64,000 nt of DNA, taken from positions 12,030,001-12,094,000 of the forward strand of contig NC_087437.1 of NCBI RefSeq assembly GCF_036321535.1, given 5' to 3'. This document shows, piece after piece, positions 24,501 through 38,354 of this stretch. This stretch comes from Camelus dromedarius. Lineage: Eukaryota. The position numbers were made by a program, and so were the translations under genes. How positions within the stretch are numbered: the stretch's first letter is position 1; each line of letters starts with the position of its first letter. Under the pieces are notes generated by a model. It was not told the origin of the DNA, made no database searches, and was given only the letters and a program-made list of their open reading frames with translations.

Positions 24501-27500
24501 TGGCCAAGGGGTGGAAGGGTTACCCGCATGTCTCAGTCTGAGTCAGTGTAACCCAGAGCTCATCTGGAAGATCTTTCTGGCAAGAATAGCTCTTTCTAAT
24601 GTATTGTTTGGAGGACTTTGAAGATTTAAACTGCTTTTGCCTTTCTTATTTACATGTCTGCTGAGGGAATCATACCACAGACTCTGAACTTTTTACTTTC
24701 ATTACGTTGGATTTGGTCTTGGTTTATAAACTGTAGACAAATAAGCCTGAAGTCTCTGTTGATAGAAACTTCTGTCCTTTTGTAGTCTAAGGCATGAAAT
24801 GAAACATTTCACACCTCTTATGCTATAGCTATTCTGAGTTTTAGTAAGTGTTTGGGTTGCTTCCATAATCAAAATGTGAATAATTTTTCCTACTAGAGAT
24901 AATTCTGTCCATTTGAATATCAAACAAGAAAATGCCTGGCTGTATTCCTGTATTGTTAGGACCAAATGTCATTTCATTTTCAAGTTTTTTATGGAGGAAT
25001 TTGCTGCATGGGAAAAAGTTTTGAGTGAGCTATCATCAAGTATAAAATAAATTTAGAACCTGTGAATGACAAACAAGATTTATCAAGCAGCAAAAAAGCA
25101 AATTGGTACATTTAAAAGTTAATGGTATTTTGGAGCACCAAATTACAGTGGGAGATGACAGAAATATTTTGCAATTCCGAAAAGCACCCTAAAGACTTGA
25201 AGTGTTTAACGAACCATATCATGTGGTATTATAATATTGGTTTACATTCCTTTTGGACCGTGACTGCATTAACTTATGTTTTCCAGAGGTGGGTGTTTTT
25301 GAAAAGGCGGCTGTTTATTAATGTTTTGTCATTTTCTTCATAAAGCTCAGTAATGGGCTGGAGCTGGCTAATTTAATCCATAAGGCACTTTCATACTCTG
25401 TTGCAGGTTTTAAGCGGAAGTCAAATTGCTTTGTTACATTTACGTATAGAACAAAGGCATTATGTCATTCTGTACCTACACATCCCACTGAGCGCCGGTA
25501 GTCACAAAAGGAAAACCGCCCTTAATTCCTTTCCCTCTCGGAGAAGCAGTAAGTGTAACAACCTCCAAGGAAAACAAACAAAATGCCTTAAAAACAAAAC
25601 CAAAAACTATGGCCGTCTGAAAGCCCGGAACCCACCTTGTGCAAGCTCTGTGCTCTCTCTCAGCCTTCCTTACTTTAATCCTTGCAACCTGCAACTGCGG
25701 CCTGCTCTGATTTCACAGAAGTGAGTTTACTTTTTAAAATCTGTTGTTAATGCTTGGAAGCATCACACCTCGAACTCTGAGGGCAGATACTGGAAAATGA
25801 GGTTTGTGCTGATTTTTCATATCCTTCAGGTCATGGAATAGGCTGCCACCTGCTAGGGGAGGACGAGGTAGGTTAGGAAATGGGGGGAATGTTCTCAAGC
25901 AGGCCTGGCAGGATAAGGGAATCTCGTTTAGATGCAGACATTGGATTGTTTGCACCTCCTTATGTGATGACTCGAATACGGCAGAATCCTAACTGAACAG
26001 CCTGCTGGCGGGTGTTTATCACAGGCCCATTGGCAGAGGGCTCTGTCTGATTGTTCATTGTTTCTACTCAGTGTTAATCTTTTCTTGATTTCATCACTGG
26101 TGAATTGGCACAGAGTAGGTGAATTTGGTTCATGATCTTTTAGGAGAAGATGTAAGTTGAATCATTATTTGGGAGGATCTGGGTGTCTTCTGGAAAATAG
26201 TGTAGTTGCTTAAGACCCAAAATTTAAAAAAAAAAACTCTCTTAGGGTCTCAGAATTATATTATTATATTCTAGAATCCCTCTTCTAAATTTGTTTTCAT
26301 TTTGTAGTTGTGTTGCCCTGTCCATGTTTGCACAGGATACATTCTATTAGCATCATAATTTTGAGATGTGGGATGGTGACTGCAGTACAGAATGATCCCT
26401 GAGACTCTGTTTTACAAACGAGTATGTTGAGTGAAGAATTTTTCTGAATTTTCTGCTTTGGGACCTCAGGTCACACAATAAAATAAAAATGCCTCCAGGC
26501 TATAATTGATAACATAACATTATGCCTTCCAGGATACGCAGCTTCAGATAATCTTAGTGAAAAAGTCGGGAAGTACTGTAAAGAACTGAAGTCCAGAAAG
26601 GCATTTTTCACATCAGCTTAACCAAGACTCTTATCCAAGGCAGCTAACAATCAGCCCAAATGACTAATTTGATTTTCTACTTCTCTTCCTCTCCTTAATC
26701 AGAATTCTGATAGAAGGATTAATTAGCAATAAAGCAACATGAGGAAGAGGGAAAGAAAATGAGGGCATAGATAATCCACAAACCATATATAATCATCCCT
26801 GCGTAATCAGAAGTTAACTATCATTAACATGACATTTGCTTTGAAAGTCAGGCAGAAAATTATGATTTTTGGCACTAACCTAATCTTTAATTATAGCACA
26901 GTACCATTCTTTCCTTGTGTTAGTTCAGATAGCTATAAATTATATTAGTCTAGGGCTTTTGTGTCATTTCCTTTCCTTTTCCATGATTTATATAGTCAGA
27001 ATACTGACCTGTAATTAAGTGTACTTGAGAATGGTCTCTGGTTAATTAAATGCTGTGGAGTGTGTAGGGTGTTCTTTGCCAAAATTCTGAGGGAAAAAGG
27101 CCATCCCTGGGTTAAAGACGTACAAGGAGTCTGGGTCAATCTTCAGTGTGCGTCTTCTAGGACTGTTGAAGCTGTCACGAGAAGTGAAAAATAAATCTTA
27201 CTTGACTATTGTCTATAAAAGAATGTGAGATTCATCTTTTTGTATAATTTAAGGATATCGTTTCAAAAAGTAATTGTCTCATTTGAGACATGCCCTGGTT
27301 TTTAATAACTGGTAAAACAGATATATCATCTGGCAATGAAAAATAAAGTCCTGTCTTCCTTCCTCTCTATATTTTTTGCCCTTTTATCTTTCTCAGTAAC
27401 AATTTTCCATTTTCTGCCAGAAACAACTAGTTGCCACTCAGTTTGATTTTCTAGGTGGACGTGAACTCACCTCTGTTTGCAGTGCAGTGAGCTGGAGAGG

Positions 27501-27869
27501 GCCTAGTGACACAAGTGACTTGCCCAAAGAGCCCACCCAGGAGCCCAAACTTGCCCTAACTCCAAGGCTAAGTGGGGACTGTGTCCCTCTTTATCCCATT
27601 TTCCATCCTTACTACCTTTTCCCAGCAATGCCTCCCTACCCAAATGCACATATGCCCCAGATGATGTGAAGCTTCTTTTCCATTCCAAGATTCCAAGGCA
27701 AATCCTAGGACCCAGGTCAGCTAAAGGGAGGAAAGGGGCAATGTGGAGGGGGGGAAAGGCTCTGATTCCTCTGTGGTTTCACGTAGAAAGGAAACTCTAA
27801 AACTGCCAGGGGCTCCATCAAACACTTTATTCAGACAATTTCTCACTGCAGTTGGGTCTTCTGTATACA

Positions 27870-28095
27870 GCAGAGGATAGCGCACTGGCAGCTGGGTGGA
27901 GGGAGTCGGGACTACAGATGTTTTACTTGGCATGCATGGTGTTTTAGAACATTGAGCCAACATTTTAAAAATTAAGAGATTTCAATCCCAATCCAGATTT
28001 CTGGCTTCTTTTGGAAAATCAGAAGTTTGGCCACACTGCATCTGTCTTCTCCAAACTAAACCTGGGCTGGCTGGAGGTGACAAGGATGGCCATAT
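27870..28095 (+). mobile_element. MER102-like hAT-Charlie element
   Basis: gccaacattttaaaaattaagagatttc...ccagatttctggcttcttttggaaaatcagaagtttggccacactg. Confidence 0.7.
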
Positions 28096-28674
28096 TTATT
28101 GATGATCCACGTGACCTGTGACGTTCCTGCCTGACCCTTATGTAGGTGCATGGAGCTCACACATCCTCTCCCCTCACCTTTCTCCTCACACCCACACACA
28201 TACACAGTTAATGATGTGCAGGTTAAAGGTGACTTCTTGGAGGGAGAGGTTAGAGGACTTGAGAGGTGGTCAGATCAGCCTTGGCTGGGCCAGTATTAAG
28301 ATGAGAGTAGGGAGAGAGGCAAGCAGCATTCCAGGTTTAATCTGGGCCACATGAAGTTGACCTTTTTCTAGGTCAGAAGCAATCCACCTTCCCCTCCTTT
28401 TCAAAATTTCTACTTCAGCCCTAGAGTTTCCATTGCTCCATGGGCTTTGTTAGAGAACGATGTATTTTCCATTTAGATCCTTAGGACATCAGTGTCTTAT
28501 GCTCGGATTTTGGGGAACAGCTCACCTCTTCATTCCCCCAGAGAATCTTTATTTTCAGCCCAGTAGACACTCAGTTTCTCTCCAACTAAAAAAAAAAATT
28601 TATAGACAGATGTTAAGTTTCTTGTGATGTTAAATTTCAATAACTTCAAACCCAGAAAGACTATATATATATAG

Positions 28675-29442
28675 TAATAAAATACAACTAACATTAAATT
28701 TACCATTTTAACTGTTTTTAGGTGTACGCTTTGGTAGCATTAAGTATATTCACAATATTGTGCAACCATCACTACTATCCATTTCCAGAACTTTTCTATC
28801 ATCTCAAATAAATTCTGTGCCAATTAAATAATAATTCCCCACTCATCTTTCCCCAGCCCCAGGTAACCTCCATTCTACTTTCTTTCTCTATGAATTTGCC
28901 TGTTCTAGGTCCTGCCCACAGGTGGAATCACACAGTATTTTTCCTTCTGTATCTTCTTATTTCACACAGCATAAGGTTTTCAAGCTCACGCTTGCTGTAC
29001 CATGTATAGGAATCTCATTTTTTTTTTTAATTTAATGAAGTGTAGTTGATTCACAATGTTAGTTTCAGGTGTACAACAAAGTGATTCATTTATACATATA
29101 CATGCATTTTTTTCTTTTCAGATTTTTTCTATGATATGTTATTACAAGAAATTGAATATAGTCCCCTCTGCTATACAAAAGGTCCTTGTGAGAATTTTCT
29201 TTCTTTTGAAGGCTGCATAATATTCCATTGTATATGTATGTCACATTTTGTTTATACATTTATCCATTGATGGACATTTGCTTTATTTCACTTTTCGGCT
29301 ATTGTAAATAATGCTGCAGTGATCACTGACAAACAAGGATCTCTTTGAGTCCCTGCTTTCAATTCTTTTGGATATATAATTAAAAATGGAATTGTTGGAT
29401 CGTATGTAAATTCTGTTTAATTTTTTTAATAACTGCCAAACT
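28675..29442 (-). mobile_element. Ancient L1MB-like 3' end, interrupted by a younger L1
   Basis: aaatttaccattttaactgttttt...cattaagtatattcacaatattgtgcaaccatcactactatccatttccagaacttt...aatggaattgttggatcgtatgtaa. Confidence 0.85.
29020..29189 (-). mobile_element. 5'-truncated lineage-specific L1 3' end
   Basis: T-tract then gaagtgtagttgattcacaatgttagtttcaggtgtacaacaaagtgattc; same family as 31526 and 46271. Confidence 0.85.
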
Positions 29443-31525
29443 CATATATAGTTCTACACAGGTGACAAATGCAAACCAAACTGCCTTTTAAATCCAAGTC
29501 CTCACTCTCTTTTATGTTACAATAAAGCCAAGCTCTTTTTTGCTTTTGCCATAGAAAATATTGAGTCAGAGAAAAGGCAAATTCTTCCTGGACAGTCTAA
29601 TCAAAAAAAGTTTCATCAGGGTCCAGTTTTGTTGAAATGTTGTTTCCATTTTTCAAGCCCATGTGCAGCACTTGTTGGTTTCAGATTAACTGTTCTGATA
29701 ATGATTCTTAAAATTTAAATTCCTCTATGAATTCTTTTATGAAACCATCACAGCTGATGAGCCTGTTTTTTGCAAAATGCCTAATTGGACTCAGTTCCCA
29801 CTCTTCTAATCCCGAAAGTTAATTTGTCAGCACATAACACATACCATACAAATGCCTTTATATCATCATACATGAGCACGTGTGGTTTGAGCATGGAACT
29901 AACATACACACACACATGCAGTACAATCTATACCCACAAATAACAGTTTGTGCCATGTTTTTCCTTATAAGCAAATGTCTGTCATTTGCAATAAATTTTA
30001 CGATTGTCATCAAAACAGTTTTCTCACTCATTTAAGCACAGTTTAATTTTGTGATGTAACTGAGCTTCGGGGATGGCTGTGTAGAGTTAAAGTGAGTTCT
30101 GAAACCCTTCACCACTAACTTCAGGAGAAAAAAAAGATCAGTGGCAGTAGTCTAGACACATCTCCTTTAAATGGTGGTGGTGGTCCGTGTCTGCACTTAG
30201 AAATGTGGTGCGCGTAGGTTCCTGTTTTCATAGTACGGAGTGTCATTTGGTGGTTATATACTAAATAGTCCTTTCTGTTCAGCTGTAGAATTAATGGGAG
30301 CAGATCAGTGGGTGGGCATTGCTTCATTGGCTCAAAAATCTCTCAGGACTGAGATCAGGTCTCTGTGATGTTGACAATGCAGACAGGAGATTGTGTGGAA
30401 AGGAGCTATGTCTTTTGGGCTAAAGATCTCAATTAATCCCATTTCCTCTTATGGTTTACAATAGGATAAGAGGATGGGAAGGATTTTATATCATTTTAGT
30501 TTTCAAAATAATTATTCAAGTGAACTGCCTGGCTAAGTAAATCTAAGTAATGACTTTGATTTCTTCTCCATCAAATTCCTTTCTTAGTTTTTTTTCCTTG
30601 TCTTGCATCTCAATGGCAATATCCCACAGGGCTCCCTCCTTTAGCTGGACCAAATTGAGGTCCTGCCTAAGTGGTGTTCCCAGGATAACCAGCAATCTGA
30701 CTTACCACACGTTGGGGGAACCCCAGGATTTCGTTCTGCCACTCGACAGTGGGGGGGGGGGCCCAGGGAGAGGCTGGGCTCTGCAGTAACAAGGCTCTGT
30801 TCCTACTGACGTGGTCCACTCTAGCAAGTCTTGGAACATTAAGTTTCCTCATCTGATTGTTCTTTATGAGAAATGTAGGGATTTAGGGAGAAAATAAGGA
30901 TGGGGGGAACCAGGGAGAGAAGAGGGACAGGGAGGAATTATCTGAGGGGGAGTTGCCCCAGGGACTTCTAAGAGCAAAGCCAGGCAGCATTACATTTTAA
31001 GTTGCTTATCATCCCAAGCTGTAATAAAATCCTCTTCTATTACTAACACCTTGTAAAAAATACGTATATATAACATTTTTATTGCTGGATACTATAGAAT
31101 GGGGATGAGTTAAAAGGGGGTCTGACTTCTGAGCTAATAGAGCCTGCAGAGAGAAAAGAAGAGTCACGTGTGAAGGATGGGGTGGGGAGAGTCATCATAA
31201 ACAGAAAACCAGAATAAGTGATTCTTAAGGGAAATAGAGCCTTCCTGAGACTTCCTGGAGATGTTAGACTAACTTTGGATTGCCAATTTTTTCTGATGTT
31301 CAAAGGATGTTTTGGAAAAGCATCATTATGTCTTCAATGATTTTAATGCAAAAAAGTAAGAAATAAATAATTATAGAACAAAAGAAATTCCTTTTAACTG
31401 AATATATATAGCCTTGTGAAATTTTTACTATACTATTCTTATATTTGCCTCATTTTCCCATGGACTGTTGAACACTTCATTCGAAGACCAGCATGTGAGA
31501 ATCTTCATATAGATCTCAACTCTTT

Positions 31526-31822
31526 TTTTTTTCATTTTGTTTTTTATTGAAGTTTAGTTGACTTACAATGTTAGTTTCAGGTGTACAGCAAAGTGATTTG
31601 GTTATACACATGCATACATGTATTTTTTTTTCAGATTCTTTTCCATTAAATGTTATTACAAGACATTGAATATAGTTCCCTGTGCTTTACAATAGGTCCT
31701 TGTTGTTTGTCTATTTTATATACAGTAGTGTGTATCTGTTAATTCCAAACTCCTAATTTATTCCTCCCCTGCCCTTTCCCCTTTGGTAACCATAGTTTGT
31801 CTTCGGTGTCCGTGAGTCTGTT
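31526..31822 (-). mobile_element. 5'-truncated lineage-specific L1 3'UTR
   Basis: 16-bp TSD tagatc(t/c)caactc(t/c)tt at 31510-31525 and 31823-31838; L1 3'UTR sequence. Confidence 0.9.
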
Positions 31823-32084
31823 TAGATCCCAACTCCTTTGAAAGCTGAGAAGACTGATGTTTACATCAAGTAGCTGGCCCAGTTACACGTCTGGGGGCCC
31901 CAGAACTTAGGGGAAATGCCGGGTTTAGATTTGTGGTTCTTTGTGTCTCATCACACACTCCCATGAGAGGGAATGGATCCCAGGCTGGAGGTTATAAAAT
32001 GTGTTCCCAAAGGGAAGGCTAAGTTTCCACAGCACAGGAATGATTGGGTCATATTGATGTGGAAGCCTTCTTAGACTTTTTTGG

Positions 32085-32240
32085 TCCTATAGCCTCATTT
32101 TACAGATGTTTTCATTTAAGTTTGGAAGTGTTAAGTGATTTATTCAAGTTTGCACAGCTGTTCTGTGGTACAAATGAGATTGAATCCAGGATTTGTGATC
32201 CCTGGTTCACCTAGAAGTTCACCCATTTTACCACCTCCTG
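32085..32240 (-). mobile_element. MIR SINE (another MIR, +, at ~32600-32745)
   Basis: cctcattttacagatg...gttaagtgatttattcaagtttgcacagctg...gattgaatccagg. Confidence 0.65.
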
Positions 32241-33249
32241 GGTGTCATTCATGTACTAGGTGATGAGAAATAAGAAAAAGCCAGAGTTCTGTAGCTATGT
32301 TCATAACTGTTGGGACTAGGAAGACACCATCTAGAAAGCAGTAAGTAGGTGTGTCAGACCTTAAATTTGAAATGGACCTTAGGGTTTATTTGTTCTAATT
32401 TCTATTTGAAATAACGAAGCCCTCATCTGATGAGGTAACGTGGGATGAACAGACAGATCTGAGTAATTCTGGTGTTAAGAGTCAGCCAGGCTTGATGGCT
32501 AATTAACCATGGAGGCTGAAAGATAGAGAAGTCAAAGATAAACAAGGAATTAGGAACTTGGGAGCAGAATCAAAACCATGGACTATAGCATTGTCTGCCA
32601 TTACTATTTGAGGGACCTGAGATCATGTGACTTCAGTTTACTCATCTGTGAAATCAAGGTAATTTCGACTTTAGGGGTTTTGTGAGCATCAGGTGGTAGT
32701 ATATTTGTTGCACTGTATTGCCTGCCACACAGTAAGTACTGTTATCAAGAGCATTCATGGTATTGATTTATGAGAAAAAATGAGGTGTGTTGGTTCAGGG
32801 GAATTTTCTCCATTAACTTACATATTCAGGTTTTTAATTTGTGCAGCCTCTAGAACCTGACTACATCAGTTAGCCATACTTTTTCTTGTATTCTCCATCA
32901 TCTCAGAGTTTTTTTATCTACTACAAAAAAATGAAGGGAATGAGAGTAGATTTGGGTACCAAGTTTTAGAACAAGAATTCAATGAAACGTGAGTAAGAAG
33001 ACCATCTAGTTTAATCCAGAGGAAGAGTAGTCACTGTAGATGCCACAGTGCTAGCTATGAACTCTCAGTGAGTGATGCCGAGAGGGTGTCTTGACTCAGA
33101 TACCTAAAGCAGGCTATGCAAAGGAGAATTCTGTTGGGTAATCTTGGTAGCTCTGGTTTATAAAATGCTTCTGAGTTTAGGGGGAGAAATAGTAACCAAA
33201 AGCATCACATAAAACAAACTTCTATTTCCTTTTATTGCACTTGGTGAAG

Positions 33250-33670
33250 GTTATTAAGAATGTAATTCTTTCTGCTTGCGATGTGATTAGCAGCCGAACC
33301 TTTTGGGGGTAAATTTCCATTGCTACGCTCTTGTTACCGCAAATGGAATTTGCATGCCTAATTCTCTTCCTCCATATTGAATCCATACCCCTTTAGGTCT
33401 AACGGCATGCTAAAAATGATTCCAAATCTCCAATGTTGATTGTGGGCCATATGTTAGCACTAATTATATAAATGAGACTTGGTGGAAATGTGACACGCTA
33501 AGCATTCTGAGTTTAAGGAATTACCTAAATGAATTCTAGCTTGAGTTAGTGCGAGCAGAGGCAAGGAAATGCGGGCGCAGGTTTTGAGCAGATGTTAACA
33601 GGTCTGCATGGCTCTTCATTGTCTTTATTTGTCTAACTATAAGGACTGCTGATGGAACATTGTGTCAGAA
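33250..33670. promoter_or_regulatory. Candidate conserved enhancer
   Basis: Repeat-free, retains CpGs, octamer ATTTGCAT 33348-33355, SOX-like CATTGT at 33617 and 33658; conservation not tested. Confidence 0.35.
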
Positions 33671-34269
33671 TATTTTAAGGTGCCATTTTCCTGAAAATTG
33701 CATTTTGCACCTACAGATGGATTCATTTTCCCAACAAGCAGAGTAGAATGACAGAGGAACAAAGATTGGAATCTGTAGTCTTGCTGTGACTTGGAAAACT
33801 TAACATTCACAGGGGCCAGTTGCCCAAGTGGTCCTTACGGCACTGAAGCTGGAGACTTTCTGGAAGGACATTTCATTTCAATATCCAACATTCTCTAATT
33901 TTAATTTTCAAAGTAAAAGAGAGGGAAAGAGGAATCGTTCTGATTCAAAGAAAAAGTGGTAACAATATTGTGACATTTTCTCCATGTGTATAACAATTAA
34001 GGAAGCTAGTTCCATGGTGTGTGTTGATTGCAGGGGTCTGGGAGCTTTAGGGCCCTGAATTGTGCTGGATGAAACTCCAGATTACACCCTGTACCTGGTA
34101 ATCATGAAATTTCAGACATGTCAGTGACCTCCTATTTCAGAGCCCTTGGTAAATCTCACTTATATCCTTGTTTCTCTCCCTTACAGACTTCTTGAGATTG
34201 GATTGGATTGTTTAAAATTGGAAGGAACTCAGCTGACTGACAGCCAGTCCCCAATTAATAAGCATAATT

Positions 34270-34665
34270 AGAGTGTCTCCTCTAGCATGTCATTCATGTC
34301 CCACTGTCCCGTCTTCTCATGTGTTTTCCACAGACTTGGATCCCCCTGAGGATGTAAACTCTGCCTTTTCTTTCTAGGCCCCCAACTCTGCATCAAGTCC
34401 AGTGCTAGACACACAACATATATTTGTTGAATGCATGTTGCTGAAATCATAGAAATAGCTAACACTATTGCAGACTTACTGTATTAAATATCTGACTAGC
34501 ATTATCTCATTTAATCCATACTGCTGCGTTCTTAGATGGGTGCTGCTGTTGTGGCTTTGCTGATGAGTAAACTGAGGCTAAGAAACATTAAATGGCTTGC
34601 CTGAAAATCCCCAAAATAAAGGTGATAGGGATGGAATTTGAATCTAGAAACATCTGACCCTGTGC
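34270..34665. mobile_element. L2 3' end (+, ~34270-34440) next to a MIR (-, ~34455-34665)
   Basis: cagtgctagacacacaacatatatttgttgaatgcatg; attatctcatttaatcc...gatgagtaaactgaggctaaga...ggaatttgaatctag. Confidence 0.65.
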
Positions 34666-37600
34666 TGTCGCTCAGTCTTGCAATGTATGGGTTCGTTCTT
34701 TTAGGTACTTCTGTGCAAAGATCATTGTCCTCAGATTTGCATCTCTGAGTATATCTATTCTTGAGGGTTGGTAAGTTTCCTTGGGTGAGATGTTCTGTAT
34801 CCTGTTTGTTTTTATTGAGGTGGCAATCTAAGTAGAATGGATCTGAGTGTATTCGTGATCATCTGGGTGACCATACTGCGATGGTATTTACTATCGTGTT
34901 AGCGCCAACTAGCATTACTTTAATTGTACAACATTATTCAGGGAGCAACAGAGGCAGACTAAATATGGAGATGATAATGTGTTTGTGCCAGTGGAACTTC
35001 AGTAACATTAAGGGTTGTGGAGTGGTTTAAACAGAGAACTACAGTGGAAAAAATTAATTTCTACAGAGCACGAAGCAGTGGTGACGTGACCCCACCATAG
35101 CAGCTGGGCCCTTACGGGCAGGCCATGTTCATGTGGGGGTCACTGATACAGTGTCAGTTAACACATTCTCCATTATATTGAACATATGCAACTATTAATT
35201 TCTCTTAAAATCTTATGTATTTGTTTTTCTTCATGACCTTATTTTGATTTTTTGGCTGTCGATTACCTTGGACATAAGGAGTTTACAATTTAATGTTTGT
35301 GCATATTTATGGAAGAATAAACTGAATCTGTCAGGATCAAGGAGGGAGACATAACAGTCTTTGGTTGCTTTTGGTTTTTTCCTTTTCAAAGGAATCTGTA
35401 TACTCTTTGTGGGATGAGTGCCTCCATCAGTCTTGGGACATCATATGATCCCCAGGGATAAATCTGAAACAAATCAGGATAATGTGTGTGCATGTGTGCG
35501 CATGCATGCACTAATATCCATGAAACAAAAGTGGAGGGAGCAGAAGTTTTGGGGGAATGGTTGACTAGCATCTCCTGGGGCCCAACTGCTTAATCTTGAC
35601 ACAAACAAGTTTCTGGAAGTAGCTTTCCTTTCCCATGTGGTTTTCTGTGGGTGTCTTGTGTCCTCAGTTCCTACTGCACCAAAGAAATACGGCTTCTTTG
35701 AACTAGTGTACTTCCAGAATCTTATTCTTAGTGACCCTCTTTGGCCAAGAATTGAAAGGAAATTCCCTTGGTATATTTGGTCACTGCAATATCTTTATAT
35801 GCTGGCCTCCAGCCACCGGACTGCAAACCTGAACAAAGATGTCTTTTTTGTTCTCCTTGACACCTCAATCAATTCCCTGTGACATTACTTTTCTGTGAAG
35901 TCAGTGAGGCATCCATGGGGCTTAGTGGTGGTGAGCAGTGGGACCAGTTCATAGTAGTTAATATTCTGCTTTCAGTTGGACACTAATTCATCCATGGGGG
36001 TTGATCTGCCACTGTTCTCCTTGTAAACTCATACTCAAAACTCTTGTGCTATCCCGAGAAACTCACAATGTTTATATAAGCATACTTATTATTCAAATGG
36101 TTGTATAGATAGTGGACAATATTTTTAAGAGTGAAATGTTATTTTTACTAAAACTCAGCCAGTTCAGAGTAGTAATTACATAACCAAAATCTATTGCCTT
36201 TGGAAACTAAGAAAGAGTGGGAACAGCCAGTAGTCTACAGTCCTACGAAAGAGTGCTATGCCTTCTCTGAAGAATGTTGCTGCAAATAAGCTTACCAAGC
36301 TAACAACAACTCAGATGTTTTTGCTGTAATACAGTGTGTGCAATCTTGGAAAAAACCTGGAGTTCTGAAAAATGACACATTAATAATGGCAAGACTCATG
36401 GGAACAAAGTGTTAGAACAGACAGCTCAGAAGATATGCAATTTTGTAATCTCAGCATGGATACACCTAATTAAAAATTACTAGTGCCATTAAAAAGGCAT
36501 GCTTAATTCCTCATAAAGAAGTGCTTTATATATGGAATGTTACTTTTTTTTTAAAGAGTAACTTGGTAGAGCTGAGACTGCTGAGTTACAGAGCTCAAAT
36601 TAAATGGGAAAAACTGTATGATTCATCTTTCTAAAGCAAGGCATGTGGCCAGATGGAGCCAAGAGGAGGAACAGGGGTGAATTGTGTATAATACAACATT
36701 CTTCTCCAGCTTTCTGTACTATAATATGTTCAACTGCTGTTACTCCCTGAAAAATATTAATGTACTGGGGAAAGTCAAAGTCCTATACAAATCTTTATAA
36801 CTTCTTCCTTAAGATGATATCATTCCTCTACTTACCAATCCCATAGTGCTAATTTGTGTTACAGATGCACATTTTGTAGCAAGAAAAAATAAAAGACTGA
36901 CTGTATCAGGATATTGGAAGGATAATTCACTTGGTTGAATCTTGGACATCTTATATTTGAAGAGGAGTATTTCTTCATGTTGAGAAAAGAAGGCATGTAG
37001 ATCATGAAGTCAGGCTAAGGGAGCCTCCAGCCATAAATTGACATCTCTACTCCGTGGAAACGTGCATCTTTATTTATGGTTTGTTTATGGCTGCAAGGAA
37101 GGCTCACGTACACAGATAACCTTTAGTCCATAGAGTCTGGTGGGGTTAGAGTAACATGGCTCATTTCATTACCCTGATAAAGCCTGGTCCTTATCCATAG
37201 CAGTGAGGTTATGTATAATTTTTTTCAAAAGGTGGCTGTGTAAGTCACAAGCATGTAAGTCTCCCTCGCTTTACTCTTTGCTTCATGTAGAATGACAAGT
37301 TCCTGCTTGCAGGTGTTTTTACCATTGTCCAAATCAAGCCCTGTGCCTCTTTTAGGTCATGGCTGAAGGCTCATCCCTCAGGCCAGCTGGCCTTGGGAGT
37401 TTTGCTTAGATTATTAAAGATGGCTGAAAGGCGTTTGAGAAGGAAACACTGGCACCCCGCCCCGGGACGTAAAGTCTCGATGTGCACATTGAAATAGCAC
37501 CAGTTGTAGAAGCAGACGTCTCTGTCTACAGTGATGGAAAATCCAGGCAGAAAGGGGAGTCAGAGGGTGATGGAGAAAGAAATGCCACTAACACCAGAAT

Positions 37601-38354
37601 TCCAGGTTCAAATCCTAGCTCCTCTGTTTTTAGCTGGGCAACAGCGCTTTCTTTGTCTGCAGGACGTGGAAAGTCAACCATGTGGAGTGGGGCTGAGAAA
37701 AAGCTGAAAAGATGTTTGTTTATTCCCATCCTTTTCATTGGGTCCCTTTATCTGAGGCTAGAAAACCTCCAGAGCTCCTTTTCTGTTTGCCTAATCAAGG
37801 CTGAAAGAAATTTAAGAGGAAAAAATACTGTCATGCTGTGACTCAGTGTTATTTAATGTTCTGTCCATATAACCCCTATAATCATCTCCTTTACCTATTC
37901 CCAGATGGAAAACACCCTCAGTTTGTAGAGCAAGGTCAAGGCAGACATCCTGATCCTGCTAAAGGCTTGGGGCCTTCCCACTCCCGTTACCACTTGGCCA
38001 AAGTCATCGGCTGCCCATCAACTTGGGAAGCCTCCCTGCACGTCCTTCAGCTGGTCTCTTAGATCCGAAGCTTCTCCAGTGTCAAAGCAAAGGAGTAACT
38101 CCTACTGGGGCTGCTGTTGACCTCAGGTGGCTAGCTCCCTAGGAGGGGACAGTCAACATTTTCCTAAAGCCGTGCTGCAGAGGGCACTGCTAAAGGGAGG
38201 TGGCCCAGAACATATCCGAAAAACTTCCTCTAGGATGTGGGAAAAATATGATTCTCTTTCTCTCCAGAGCAGATTGTGCAAATAGGTGGACCTCCGTTTT
38301 ACCTACTTGGAAGAGGGCGCACAGTGCCATTGAGGATCAGATTGGGTGAAAGTC

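Noticed and set aside
34165..34270. Strong 3' splice-site-like sequence (ttgtttctctcccttacag); similar ones at ~23499, ~25407 and ~43304
   Set aside because: No matching donor or recognisable coding frame downstream; cannot support exons without RNA data.
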